Source: a bacterium (GTDB lineage: Bacteria > Patescibacteriota > Patescibacteriia > Patescibacteriales > JAKAJF01). Taken from it: DNA of 64,000 bases. A program made the position numbers and the translations under genes. Shown here piece after piece: positions 55,669 to 64,000 of the stretch. The stretch covers positions 145,581 to 209,580 of the forward strand of contig JAJYLD010000001.1 in assembly GCA_021788015.1 (NCBI GenBank), read 5' to 3'. The notes below the pieces were generated by a model. It searched no databases. It saw only the letters and a program-made list of their open reading frames with translations, and was not told the DNA's origin. Numbering within the stretch: the stretch's first letter is position 1; each line of letters begins with the position of its first letter.

Positions 55669-55932
55669 ATGCGCAACGCATTAGAAATAGCTAGAAAAGC
55701 GGGTCGTCTTGGTTCTTTGGCTTATAACGCGACGTTGCTTTCCAGGGGCGTACCTCCCTGGAGTATGCAATCATGCGTGCCCGGTTATTCCGTAAGTCCG
55801 GCGGAAGAATTTTCTCGCTTGGAAAGTGAAGAGATGGATAATTTAGAAAGGCAGCTCATCCAGGAAGCGCTTAAACGGGCTCGTGCTCGTCCTAAAAAGA
55901 AGGAAAGAAAAAATACAAAAGAGAAGTCTTAA
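55669..55932 (+). CDS. hypothetical protein (87 aa, basic C-terminus)
   Basis: ATG 55669 is preceded by AAGGGGGGAG. The ORF-track start at 55618 is less likely. Confidence 0.4.
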   Translation: MRNALEIARKAGRLGSLAYNATLLSRGVPPWSMQSCVPGYSVSPAEEFSRLESEEMDNLERQLIQEALKRARARPKKKERKNTKEKS

Positions 55933-56025
55933 ATGACTTCTATTTTTATTTGACTTTTATTTCAAAAAATATTAAAATTTATTCATGGTTTGCGCTGAAT
56001 GCATGCCATTTTTAGTATTAGAAGA

Positions 56026-57831
56026 ATGAATAAAATTAGAAACTTTTGCATAATAGCACATATCGATCATGGCAAGTCCACACTGGCCGACCGCATGCTT
56101 GAAATTACCGGAACGATTGAAAAGCGGAAAATGAAAGATCAGATTTTGGATCGGATGGAACTTGAACGCGAAAGGGGAATTACAATCAAACTTCAACCCG
56201 TAACCATGAATTACAACGGTTATGTTTTGAATTTAATCGATACTCCGGGCCATGTGGATTTTACATATGAGGTTTCAAGAAGTCTGGCGGCGGTCGAAGG
56301 CGCCATTTTACTCGTGGATTCGACGCAAGGAATCCAGGCGCAAACATTGGCTAACTTGTATTTGGCCATGGAGCAGGACTTAACCATAATTCCGGTCGCG
56401 AACAAAATCGATCTGCCCGCTTCCGATTTGGCAAAAACAAAAAACGAAATCGTTAAACTGTTAGGCTCGGATGAGAAGGAAATTCTAAGCGCTTCCGGGA
56501 AAACCGGATTTGGAGTAAAGGAAATTCTGGACGCGGTTATCGAAAGAATCCCCGTGCCGAAAGGCGAAAGCGGAAAGCCGCTCCGCGCCCTGATTTTCGA
56601 TTCGAATTACGACGAGTATCGCGGCGTTGTCGCGTATGTAAGAATTATCGACGGCGAAATAAAAAAGGGGGACAAGGTTCATTTTATGGCCACGGGAGCA
56701 AAAACGGAAGCGTTGGATGTCGGAATATTCAGGCCCGATTACAGTTCGACCGGAATTTTAAAAACGGGAGAAATCGGTTACATAGTCACCGGTTTTAAGG
56801 ATGTAAGCGAATGCCGCGTGGGTGATACCGTCACTTTGAGCGGTTCCCTTGACAAAGGAGGCGAAGAAGTATTTAATTCTATTGAACCTCTTCAAGGTTA
56901 CGAGCAAGTCAAGCCGATGGTTTTTGCCGGAATTTTCCCGAAAGAAGGAAATGAATTTCAGGCCCTGCGCGACGCGATTGAAAAATTAAAATTGAACGAT
57001 GCTGCCTTGTTTTACGAGCCGGAGCAATCGCAGGCTCTCGGTTTCGGATTCAGGTGCGGTTTTTTGGGGCTTTTGCATCTGGAAATTTTTCAGGAGAGAT
57101 TGAAACGCGAACATAATCTGGAATTGATCGTAACCACGCCGAGCGTCGCTTATAAAATTTATAAAAAAGACGGGGCGGAAGAAATTGTTCGTACGCCGCA
57201 AAAATTGCCCGATCAGACGGAAGCGGAAAAAATCGAAGAGCCTTGGGTTTCTTTGGATATCATAACGCCGAAAGAGTTTTTGGGCGGGATCATGAATTTA
57301 ACTCAAGAAAAGAGAGGAATTTATAAAAATACGGAATATATCGACGAAACCAGGGCGATTTTGCATTATGAAATTCCCATGGCCGCGATTTTGACCGATT
57401 TTTATGATAAAATAAAAAGTGTAAGCTCCGGATACGCTTCAATCAATTATGAATACATGGATTATCGCGAGGCGGATGTGGTCAGGATGGATATTTTGGT
57501 GGCGGAAGAACCCGTCGAAGCTTTGGCCCTGATCGTTTATCGCGACGAGGCGTTTCGCAGAGGGAAAGACATTGTCGAAACGTTAAAAGAGACATTGCCC
57601 AAACAGATGTTCGTAATCAAATTGCAGGCGGCGGTCGGCGGAAAAATTATCGCCGCGGAAAAAATCTCCGCTTTGCGTAAAGACGTAACCGCTAAGCTTT
57701 ACGGCGGAGACGTGACCCGCAAAAGAAAATTGCTTGAAAAGCAAAAGAAGGGCAAAAAGAAAATGATGAGCGCGGGGAAGGGGAGCGTCGAGATCCCGAG
57801 CGATACTTTTATTAAGATTTTAAAAAAATAA
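56026..57831 (+). CDS. lepA: elongation factor 4 (LepA)
   Basis: IRNFCIIAHIDHGKSTLADR, DTPGHVDF, NKIDLP, and the LepA-specific C-terminal domain (ISALRKDVTAKLYGGDVTRKRKLLEKQKKGKK). Confidence 0.95.
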   Translation: MNKIRNFCIIAHIDHGKSTLADRMLEITGTIEKRKMKDQILDRMELERERGITIKLQPVTMNYNGYVLNLIDTPGHVDFTYEVSRSLAAVEGAILLVDSTQGIQAQTLANLYLAMEQDLTIIPVANKIDLPASDLAKTKNEIVKLLGSDEKEILSASGKTGFGVKEILDAVIERIPVPKGESGKPLRALIFDSNYDEYRGVVAYVRIIDGEIKKGDKVHFMATGAKTEALDVGIFRPDYSSTGILKTGEIGYIVTGFKDVSECRVGDTVTLSGSLDKGGEEVFNSIEPLQGYEQVKPMVFAGIFPKEGNEFQALRDAIEKLKLNDAALFYEPEQSQALGFGFRCGFLGLLHLEIFQERLKREHNLELIVTTPSVAYKIYKKDGAEEIVRTPQKLPDQTEAEKIEEPWVSLDIITPKEFLGGIMNLTQEKRGIYKNTEYIDETRAILHYEIPMAAILTDFYDKIKSVSSGYASINYEYMDYREADVVRMDILVAEEPVEALALIVYRDEAFRRGKDIVETLKETLPKQMFVIKLQAAVGGKIIAAEKISALRKDVTAKLYGGDVTRKRKLLEKQKKGKKKMMSAGKGSVEIPSDTFIKILKK

Positions 57832-57936
57832 TGTGACGCTAATATGCGAATAAATACGAATGCCGCTAATCGCGAATAAGAAACATTCGCAATTCGTGGA
57901 TTGGCATTTATTAGTAGATTGGCATAATATTTCTAT

Positions 57937-58035
57937 ATGAAGAAATCAAAAATTGAAATACTCTGGATCATTTTGAGTTTTTTTGTAATATTAAGTATGG
58001 TCGCTTGGACATTCGGGTTGATGTTTTTAAAATAA
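57937..58035 (+). CDS. possible 32-aa single-helix membrane peptide
   Basis: MKKSKIEILWIILSFFVILSMVAWTFGLMFLK. Below the ORF-track cutoff and supported only by its hydrophobic pattern. Confidence 0.25.
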   Translation: MKKSKIEILWIILSFFVILSMVAWTFGLMFLK

Positions 58036-58041
58036 AAAAAG

Positions 58042-58060
58042 AGCCCTCGAAACGAGAGCT
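58042..58060 (-). terminator. rho-independent terminator of the zinc-ribbon gene cluster (minus strand)
   Basis: Minus strand AGCTCTCG-TTT-CGAGGGCT followed by CTTTTTTTATTTT. Overlaps the TAG stop. Confidence 0.6.
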
Positions 58061-58265
58061 AGTTGATTGAAAAGTCCGCGCGCATGGCGCTGAAGTCGGA
58101 TCGCGGGGGCGTAAAATAAATGAACCAGATTTTTGTTTCTCCGCACGTTTTTGTAAGCGCACACGGTTCCATCGCGCCGCCGCAAATAGGGCAGCGGCTA
58201 CCCGCGAACACATGCTGCTCGTGGCCGCAATCCGGACATTCACAGTTTGTTTTGAGAATGTTCAT
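58059..58265 (-). CDS. mini zinc-ribbon protein 1 (68 aa)
   Basis: CECPDCG-x10-CPICGG. SD-like GAAGGGA upstream of the ATG. Confidence 0.6.
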   Translation of the reverse strand: MNILKTNCECPDCGHEQHVFAGSRCPICGGAMEPCALTKTCGETKIWFIYFTPPRSDFSAMRADFSIN

Positions 58266-58278
58266 TTTCTTTTTCCCT

Positions 58279-58503
58279 TCAGTTATTCCAGTATTGGGTG
58301 TTTAAAAGGAAAGTTGAATTTATCATGATTCCGAATCTTATCCTCTCGAATTCTTCATTTGAAACGGTCAGTCTGCAAATTGTGGTTTTTCGCAAGACAC
58401 CTTTTTCGCAACGGGGACACGGCGAATACGAGACGGCGGATTCTATATGCTTACAAACGTTACATTTGCAAAGTATGGGAATAGAGGAATTTGAAATGTG
58501 CAT
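58279..58503 (-). CDS. mini zinc-ribbon protein 2 (74 aa)
   Basis: CKCNVCK-x10-CPRC. Strong SD AAAGGAGGGGG upstream of the ATG. Confidence 0.6.
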   Translation of the reverse strand: MHISNSSIPILCKCNVCKHIESAVSYSPCPRCEKGVLRKTTICRLTVSNEEFERIRFGIMINSTFLLNTQYWNN

Positions 58504-58614
58504 AATGCCCCCTCCTTTCCTTTTTTATATTAATTCAATAAAAAAATATTTTTGTCAATTATCAAGGAAGAAAAACCCTCGAGATTTCTCGAGAGTATGG
58601 AATGCATGAAGATT

Positions 58615-58824
58615 TTACAATGTAAGAGGTCTGGCGGTCGCTGCGTAGAGAAAAAATTGCGCGGATGCCAGTGAAAAAAAGCCACCCCCGCAGAAACATT
58701 TGTTTCCCGCGCAAGTAAGTTTTATGTTTCCGCACCGGTCGCACATGCACATAACTTTTGCGCATTTGCCTTTCATTACCCTAATTCCCCCGTCCTCGCC
58801 ACCTTTGTTATTTGAACGAACCAT
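58615..58824 (-). CDS. mini zinc-ribbon protein 3 (69 aa)
   Basis: CMCDRCG-x10-CFCGGG. SD GGAGGG upstream. Own hairpin CTCGAG-AAAT-CTCGAG plus T-run downstream. Confidence 0.6.
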   Translation of the reverse strand: MVRSNNKGGEDGGIRVMKGKCAKVMCMCDRCGNIKLTCAGNKCFCGGGFFSLASAQFFLYAATARPLTL

Positions 58825-58881
58825 TTATTAAACCCTCCAAACTGGAAATTTTGACCACCATGTTAACAAAAAAATAAAAAA

Positions 58882-60663
58882 ATGTCAAGCATAAAGGTAG
58901 AAAAAAAATGGCAGCTTATGCCTAAAATCACGAAAGAATCGATAAAAAAATATCCGGGATACAATCCGGTGATTTTGCAGCTTCTTTATAATCGCGGTCT
59001 TACCGAAAAGAACGAAATCGAATCTTTTTTAAACCCCGGCGACAATATTATGAATGATCCGTTTCTTTTCAGAAATATGGGCAAGGCTTTGGATTTGATC
59101 ATTTCGCACATAAAAAACAAGAATAAAATCGTCGTTTACGGAGATTACGACGCTGACGGCGTAACTTCTTCGACGATTTTGGTCGAAACTTTGAATGTTT
59201 TAAAAGCGGACTCCGACGTTTATATCCCGAATCGGGTTACCGAAGGATACGGATTGAACAAAGGTGCGATCGAGATCATAAAAAAGATGGGCGCAAAATT
59301 GATTATTACGGTAGACGGCGGAATCAGAAATAAAGAAGAAGTCGAGTATGCGAAAATCTTGGGGTTGGACGTTATTATTACCGATCATCATACCCCCTCG
59401 GACGATGAAAATAATTTGCCGGATTGCTTGATCATAAATCCTTTGGTTAAAAATGAATCTTATCCGTTCAAACAACTGGCGGGCGTGGGCGTGGCTTTTA
59501 AGTTGGCGAAGGCCTTGATCGGCAAAGCGAAAATTACGGACGAGGAAAAAAGAAAGCTCGAAGACAGAATGTACGATTTGGTCGCGATCGGAACCGTTTC
59601 CGATTGCGTGACCGTGCTTGGCGAAAACAGATATTTCATAAAACGGGGTTTGGAAATTTTAAACCAGAAGAAAAGAAAAGGACTGAACGAGCTTATAAAA
59701 ATCGCGCAGGTGAGCGGCGCGAAACGTCTCGATTCCTGGAATATCGGTTTCCAAATCGGCCCCAGATTGAACGCGGCCGGCCGACTCGAGCACGCCAATA
59801 CTTCTTTTGAACTTTTAATCACGAAAAATGAAAACGATGCCGAAGAAATCGCGCGCAAACTTAATGAAAGAAATTCCGAACGGCAGAAGATTACGGAAGA
59901 AATCATGGCCGAAGTGGAAGCGCAAATAAATCCTGAAGATAAAATTTTAATCGGCGTCTGTCCCGAAGATTATGAAACGGAAGCGTGGAAAGAAGGAGTT
60001 ATCGGACTCGTCGCCGGGAAAATTTCCGATAAGTATTATCGTCCGGCGCTTGTTATAACCCGAAGCGAAAACGGCATGAAGGGATCGGGGAGGAGCATCG
60101 AAGAATTCAATCTCATTAGAGCCATTGACGAGGCAAGCGAGTTTTTAACGCGGTACGGAGGGCATCCGGCGGCTTGCGGATTCAGCTTGCTTCCGGAAAA
60201 TTTGGACGGTTTTGTAAAAAAAATAAAAGAGATAGCGAACATGAAATTGAAGGGGGTGGAACTGAAGCCGAAAATAATCATCGAAACGGAAATCGGCCTT
60301 GAGGAAATAAACGAAGAATTGTTCGGCGAAATTGAAAAATTCGGGCCGTTCGGCAATGACAACAACCGGCCGGTGTTTGTAAGCAAAGGGACGATTGTCG
60401 ATAAAATATTCATGGGCGCGGAAGGCCAACATGTCAAATTTAAATTAAAGAACGAGAAATCAGGTCTTTTAAGCGCTATCGGTTTCGGTCAAAGTGAAAA
60501 TTTTAAAGATTTTCAAATAGGGGACACAATCGATATTGTTTATTATCTCGATTTGAACGAATTTAACGGTAGGCGGGAAATTCAATTAAAAATTTTGGAC
60601 AGCAAAGCTTCTCGCCAAACGCCATTCTTCTTAAATCTGCAAAATGTCGGCGAAAGAGTTTAA
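58882..60663 (+). CDS. recJ: single-stranded-DNA-specific exonuclease RecJ
   Basis: DHH motifs VVYGDYDADGVTS, ITVDGG, IITDHH; DHHA1 motif GGHPAACGF. Confidence 0.92.
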   Translation: MSSIKVEKKWQLMPKITKESIKKYPGYNPVILQLLYNRGLTEKNEIESFLNPGDNIMNDPFLFRNMGKALDLIISHIKNKNKIVVYGDYDADGVTSSTILVETLNVLKADSDVYIPNRVTEGYGLNKGAIEIIKKMGAKLIITVDGGIRNKEEVEYAKILGLDVIITDHHTPSDDENNLPDCLIINPLVKNESYPFKQLAGVGVAFKLAKALIGKAKITDEEKRKLEDRMYDLVAIGTVSDCVTVLGENRYFIKRGLEILNQKKRKGLNELIKIAQVSGAKRLDSWNIGFQIGPRLNAAGRLEHANTSFELLITKNENDAEEIARKLNERNSERQKITEEIMAEVEAQINPEDKILIGVCPEDYETEAWKEGVIGLVAGKISDKYYRPALVITRSENGMKGSGRSIEEFNLIRAIDEASEFLTRYGGHPAACGFSLLPENLDGFVKKIKEIANMKLKGVELKPKIIIETEIGLEEINEELFGEIEKFGPFGNDNNRPVFVSKGTIVDKIFMGAEGQHVKFKLKNEKSGLLSAIGFGQSENFKDFQIGDTIDIVYYLDLNEFNGRREIQLKILDSKASRQTPFFLNLQNVGERV

Positions 60664-60785
60664 TTTAAACAAAAGAAAAAACCTGACTGCCGGCAGGCAG
60701 GTAAGAGCAAGAAAGACAAGAAAATTTTCTATTTTTATTTATCTTCTTACCCTTCTGGTTTTTGTGAGTTCGTAATATAAAAAGA

Positions 60786-61199
60786 ATGAATAAAAAGCTA
60801 ATTATTTATACCGATGGCGGAGCGCGAAATAATCCCGGACCTGCCGGGATCGGCGCAGTGTTGATGGATGAAACCGGAAAAATAATCGCGGAAATAAGCG
60901 AGTATATAGGCTCGGCGACAAACAATCAGGCGGAGTATAAAGCCGTTATCGCCGCTTTGGCCAAAGCGAAGGAGCTCGGCGCGACCGAACTTGAATTTTT
61001 TCTCGACAGCGAACTTGTCGTAAAGCAATTGAATCGCGAATACAGAGTCAAAGACAAGGATTTGGCTCCATTGTTCGTGCGAATTTACAATTCAACTCTC
61101 GGTTTTAAAAAGGTAACTTTTACTCATGTTCCCAGAGAAAAAAACAAGGAAGCGGACAGATTGGTGAATTTGGCGATTGACAAAGGAATGGGGAATTAA
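60786..61199 (+). CDS. rnhA: ribonuclease HI
   Basis: IIYTDGGARNNPGPAGIG, NNQAEYKAVIAAL, DSELVVKQL, REKNKEADRLVN (DEDD residues in place). Confidence 0.88.
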   Translation: MNKKLIIYTDGGARNNPGPAGIGAVLMDETGKIIAEISEYIGSATNNQAEYKAVIAALAKAKELGATELEFFLDSELVVKQLNREYRVKDKDLAPLFVRIYNSTLGFKKVTFTHVPREKNKEADRLVNLAIDKGMGN

Positions 61200-61229
61200 T
61201 TTAATTAAGCGCGCATAGCATTGAAGAAT

Positions 61230-61301
61230 GGTCGTTTAACTCAGCGGTAGAGTGCTTCGTTCACATCGAAGAAGTCGCTGGTTCAAATCCAGCAACGACC
61301 A
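61230..61301 (+). tRNA. tRNA-Val (CAC)
   Basis: Acceptor GGTCGTT/AACGACC, D arm ACTC-AGCGGTA-GAGT, anticodon arm CTTCG-TTCACAT-CGAAG, variable AAGTC, T arm GCTGG-TTCAAAT-CCAGC, discriminator A. CCA is not encoded. Confidence 0.88.
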
Positions 61302-61302
61302 C

Positions 61303-62313
61303 ATGGCAGAAATTAAAAACAGCGAGAAAACTCAAGGTTATTTTTCCGTTTTTGCCGCAATAATCGGCAATTCTTTTTTGACCGTAATAAAATTCACGGC
61401 CTGGTTTTTTTCCGGATCAAGCGCTTTATTTTCCGAATCGGTCCATAGTTTCGCCGATACCTTGAACCAATCCCTGCTCATGATCGGAATCAGAAAATCG
61501 AAAAAGAAAGCGGACGAGGAATTTTCTTACGGATACGGGCAGGAAAGATTTTTATGGGCTTTGATTTCGGCCGTAGGGATTTTTTTCTTGGGTTCGGGAG
61601 TAACGGTTTATCACGGTATAAATTCATTGGCTCATAAAGAATCAATTCATATAAACCAATTTACGATAATCGTGCTGCTCGTTTCACTCATCATCGAAAC
61701 AATCACTTTCTCTACCGCCGCCAGGGAACTTTGGAAAAATAGAAATGGCGACAAACTGAAAGAAATTTTTGAAAACGGCGACCCGGCCACGATCGCGGTT
61801 ATTTATGAAGACGGAGTTGCGGTTATCGGCATTCTGATCGCCATCTCGAGCATTATTCTAAGCTCGCTTACAAAAGAAATTTTTTGGGACTCTTTTGGTT
61901 CGATCTTAATCGGCGTCATGCTTGGAATAATGGCAATTTTATTAATTAAAAAGAACGGATCTTTTTTAATAAAAAAAGCCATCCCGGAAGACATGAAGGA
62001 AAAAATCATAGAGATACTCGAGGCCGATCCCGTAATCGAAAAAGTGATCGATTTTAAATCGTCTATTCTCGACATAGGATCTTATCATATAAAATGCGAA
62101 ATTGAATTTAACGGTCCGGCCTTGATGAAAGAAAGAAAATTTTTAAAAGAGGATTATGAATCGGTAAAAGACAATTTTGAAGAATTTAAAAAATTGATTA
62201 TGGAATACGCAGATCGAATTCCGCGCGTAATCGGAAAAAGAATAGATGATATTGAAAAAAAGATTCAGAAAGAAATTCCCGGAATCGAGCATATCGATAT
62301 TGAGATAAATTAG
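61303..62313 (+). CDS. cation diffusion facilitator family transporter
   Basis: FSESVHSFADTLNQ motif in TM2, six TM helices, plus a C-terminal cytoplasmic domain. ATG 61303 is preferred because the ORF-track start overlaps the tRNA. Confidence 0.85.
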   Translation: MAEIKNSEKTQGYFSVFAAIIGNSFLTVIKFTAWFFSGSSALFSESVHSFADTLNQSLLMIGIRKSKKKADEEFSYGYGQERFLWALISAVGIFFLGSGVTVYHGINSLAHKESIHINQFTIIVLLVSLIIETITFSTAARELWKNRNGDKLKEIFENGDPATIAVIYEDGVAVIGILIAISSIILSSLTKEIFWDSFGSILIGVMLGIMAILLIKKNGSFLIKKAIPEDMKEKIIEILEADPVIEKVIDFKSSILDIGSYHIKCEIEFNGPALMKERKFLKEDYESVKDNFEEFKKLIMEYADRIPRVIGKRIDDIEKKIQKEIPGIEHIDIEIN

Positions 62314-62397
62314 TGAACATTGACAAATTCTGTATTTTCGTTAATATATCAAATTCACATTGTTTTGTGAAAATCGCTCTCTAAAAAAGGAGGAGAA

Positions 62398-62613
62398 GTG
62401 AAATTAATACGGATTGATTATCATACTGGGAGTATTTCAGTTGTGGGTCCTTTTGAATCGGATGAGACGGCTGGCGCATTTTTATTATCCTGCGGTTTTG
62501 ACCACTCACCTTGTAGTGGTGAGTGGGACAGCACTAATTACGCCAATGCACGCATCATAAATCCGACCGCCCCCGACGCAATCAGGGAAACGCTCATAAA
62601 TAAAAGATTTTAA
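62398..62613 (+). CDS. hypothetical protein (71 aa)
   Basis: GTG start with strong SD AGGAGGAG upstream. No motif recognised. Confidence 0.45.
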   Translation: MKLIRIDYHTGSISVVGPFESDETAGAFLLSCGFDHSPCSGEWDSTNYANARIINPTAPDAIRETLINKRF

Positions 62614-62639
62614 GGCGCTTTTTAAGGCGCTTTTTTTAT

Positions 62640-62668
62640 TTGACTTTCATCAAAGAAAATGGTATTAT
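62640..62668 (+). promoter_or_regulatory. sigma70-type promoter upstream of RNase P RNA
   Basis: TTGACT (62640-62645), 17-nt spacer, TATTAT (62663-62668). Confidence 0.55.
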
Positions 62669-62849
62669 CAAATCGTAAAATGTTCCTTAAATTTTATTAA
62701 AATCAAGGTAAGCGGATGGCCGCCCCGGTTTGCCGGGGAGGAAAGTCCGGACTTCTCTCGATTTTCAAATCGAGAAAGCGGCAGTGGGTAACGCCCACCG
62801 CTACGATAGCGATATCGGAGTAGGGAAAGTGCCACAGAGACAATACTAA

Positions 62850-63020
62850 CCAGCGCGGAGCACTGGAAATTCTAAGCACTAATATCTAAATCCTAAACGA
62901 ATTTCAAAATTAAATGTTCAAAATCTAAAACTGTTTTGAATTTATAATTTTGATTATTTGATATTGTTTAGTATTTAGAATTTAGGATTTGGGGTTTCCA
63001 TTGCTCTGCGGTGGCAAAAG
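62850..63020 (+). repeat. 171-nt hairpin insertion in RNase P RNA (P12 position)
   Basis: GC stem CCAGCGCGGAGCACTGG / CCATTGCTCTGCGGTGG encloses an AT-rich palindrome. Identical to 63137-63307 except for one base. Confidence 0.9.
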
Positions 63021-63136
63021 GTGAAAAGTCTTCAGGTGTTATTGGTTGATTAGGATATCCGATTGACTAATAGCTACTGAAATCGCACCCGCGCGAGCGG
63101 AATGCGCGGCAAACCCTGCCTGAAGCAAGAGCAAAG

Positions 63137-63307
63137 CCAGCGCGGAGCACTGGAAATTCTAAGCACTAATATCTAAATCCTAAACGAATTTCAAAATTAA
63201 ATGTTCAAAATCTAAAACTGTTTTGAATTTATAATTTTGATTATTTGATATTGTTTAGTATTTAGAATTTAGGATTTGGGGTTTCCATTGCTCCGCGGTG
63301 GCAAAAG
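63137..63307 (+). repeat. 171-nt hairpin insertion in RNase P RNA (P15-P17 position)
   Basis: Second copy of the same 171-nt sequence, located between AGCAAGAGCAAAG and TGGCTCGCTTGA. Confidence 0.9.
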
Positions 63308-63438
63308 TGGCTCGCTTGATTCCGAAGGTAACTTCGGAGCCAGATAGATGGCCATCGCCCCCCCAAAGGGTACAGAATCCGGCTTACAGCTTGCCCTGAT
63401 TTTAATAAAATTTAAGATTAATAGATTAATCCCCATTT

Positions 63439-64000
63439 ATGAAGAGATCGGAACTCTTTTTTTCGTTTTTATTGGTTCCTCTGGATTTCATCATGATCGT
63501 CTTGGCCGGGGTTTCGGCCTACTATATCCGTTTTTCAGAATTCACCCGGGAAATTAGGCCGGTTATTTTTAATTTGCCTTTTCATTCTTACTTTAAAATC
63601 GTTCTTTTTATCGCGCTTTTGTGGATTTTGATTTTCGCTTTGGCCGGACTGTACAATATAAAAAGCGCGCGCAAACTGGCAAAAGAAATAATCCGAGTGA
63701 TTTTAGCCTGTTCGACAGGCCTTGTTTTGATCGTAATTTTAATTTTTTTCAGGCGGGAACTTTTTGATTCAAGATTTATAGTTTTGGCCGGCTGGTTGCT
63801 TGCGATCGTTTACGTGGGCATAAGCAGAAGCCTTGTCAGGGCCGTACAAAGAGACTTATTCAAGAGCGGAGTCGGTGTTCATAAAATCGTTCTCGTCGGA
63901 TCAAGTAAAACCACGGACAGTCTTATGAAAGCTTTTTCGACGAATTCTTATTCCGGATTCGAAGTCGTGAAAAGATTGCGCGATTTTAACATCGAAACGG
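63439..64000 (+). CDS. polyprenyl-phosphate sugar phosphotransferase (WbaP/EpsB-like), N-terminal part; 3' end outside window
   Basis: Open frame from ATG 63439 to the window end, so absent from the ORF track. MKRSELFFSFLLVPLDFIMIVLAGVSAYYIRF plus 4 TM helices, then KIVLVGSSKTTDSLMKAF, typical of the N-terminal half of bacterial sugar transferases. Confidence 0.6.
   Translation, partial: MKRSELFFSFLLVPLDFIMIVLAGVSAYYIRFSEFTREIRPVIFNLPFHSYFKIVLFIALLWILIFALAGLYNIKSARKLAKEIIRVILACSTGLVLIVILIFFRRELFDSRFIVLAGWLLAIVYVGISRSLVRAVQRDLFKSGVGVHKIVLVGSSKTTDSLMKAFSTNSYSGFEVVKRLRDFNIET

Larger units (their letters stand above)
62686..63416 (+). ncRNA. rnpB: RNase P RNA (bacterial type A core) with extended P1 and two large hairpin insertions
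   Basis: Universal blocks GAGGAAAGTCCGG (P4 5'), GGGTAACGCCCA, GGGAAAGTGCCACAGA, GGTGAAAAG, ACAGAATCCGGCTTA (P4 3'). P1 pairs 62686-62713 with 63389-63416. About 730 nt, against roughly 350-400 expected. Confidence 0.9.

Noticed and set aside
57832-57936. Direct repeats CGCTAAT(AT/C)GCGAATAA and GATTGGCAT x2 after lepA, considered as a candidate binding array.
   Set aside because: Together they form an imperfect long hairpin (GAATGCCGCTAATCGCGAAT...ATTCGCAATTCGTGGATTGGCATT). It is most simply a lepA terminator or repeat element, with nothing further to support a distinct function.
61252-61302. ORF-track N-terminal extension (MLRSHRRSRWFKSSNDH) of the CDF transporter.
   Set aside because: The extension is the tRNA-Val gene read as protein. 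ATG 61303 gives a normal CDF N-terminus.
63348-63557. 69-aa ORF MAIAPPKGTESGLQ...
   Set aside because: Its first third overlaps the 3' part of RNase P RNA, including the P4 strand. The rest is out of frame with the much better sugar-transferase ORF that starts at 63439.

Overview
This is a low-GC, tightly packed window with almost all genes on the plus strand. The small housekeeping genes and reduced metabolism resemble a Candidate Phyla Radiation / Patescibacteria-type bacterium; that placement is an inference, since no database search was possible. Standard genetic code 11 fits: long conserved genes contain no in-frame UGA. Recognisable content: a malic enzyme 3' fragment, DJ-1/PfpI, queH, pilT, a lower-glycolysis cluster (pgk, eno, two tandem divergent gpmI), groES-groEL behind a sigma70-type promoter plus CIRCE operator, rsmI, metG, cvpA, tsaC, tatD, htrA, a GldA/F/G-like ABC cluster, a PfkB kinase, ADP-forming acetyl-CoA synthetase, murJ, lepA, recJ, rnhA, a CDF transporter, tRNA-Val, an interrupted tRNA, RNase P RNA and the 5' part of a sugar transferase. 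The standout is a 15.7-kb array (24521-40239). Nine genes there end in the PEP-utilizer phosphohistidine swivel domain, and eight of those are fused to highly divergent, apparently helical N-terminal domains. The array holds only one stand-alone PPDK_N/ATP-grasp gene and no PEP/pyruvate-binding domain. HAD, histidine-phosphatase-like and 2-hydroxyacid-dehydrogenase genes are interspersed. I interpret it as a split, combinatorial His-phosphotransfer (dikinase-like) system rather than PEP synthases. Other oddities: RNase P RNA carries two near-identical 171-nt hairpin insertions; one tRNA has 59 nt where the 7-nt anticodon loop should be; one HtrA paralog has lost all three catalytic residues; several intergenic repeat families occur, some inserted in frame into metG and tsaC; a 12-bp-closed structured element sits between the gpmI paralogs; two isolated high-GC minus-strand genes and a higher-GC cluster of three mini zinc-ribbon genes look foreign. 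I saw no CRISPR array, rRNA, transposase or integrase.
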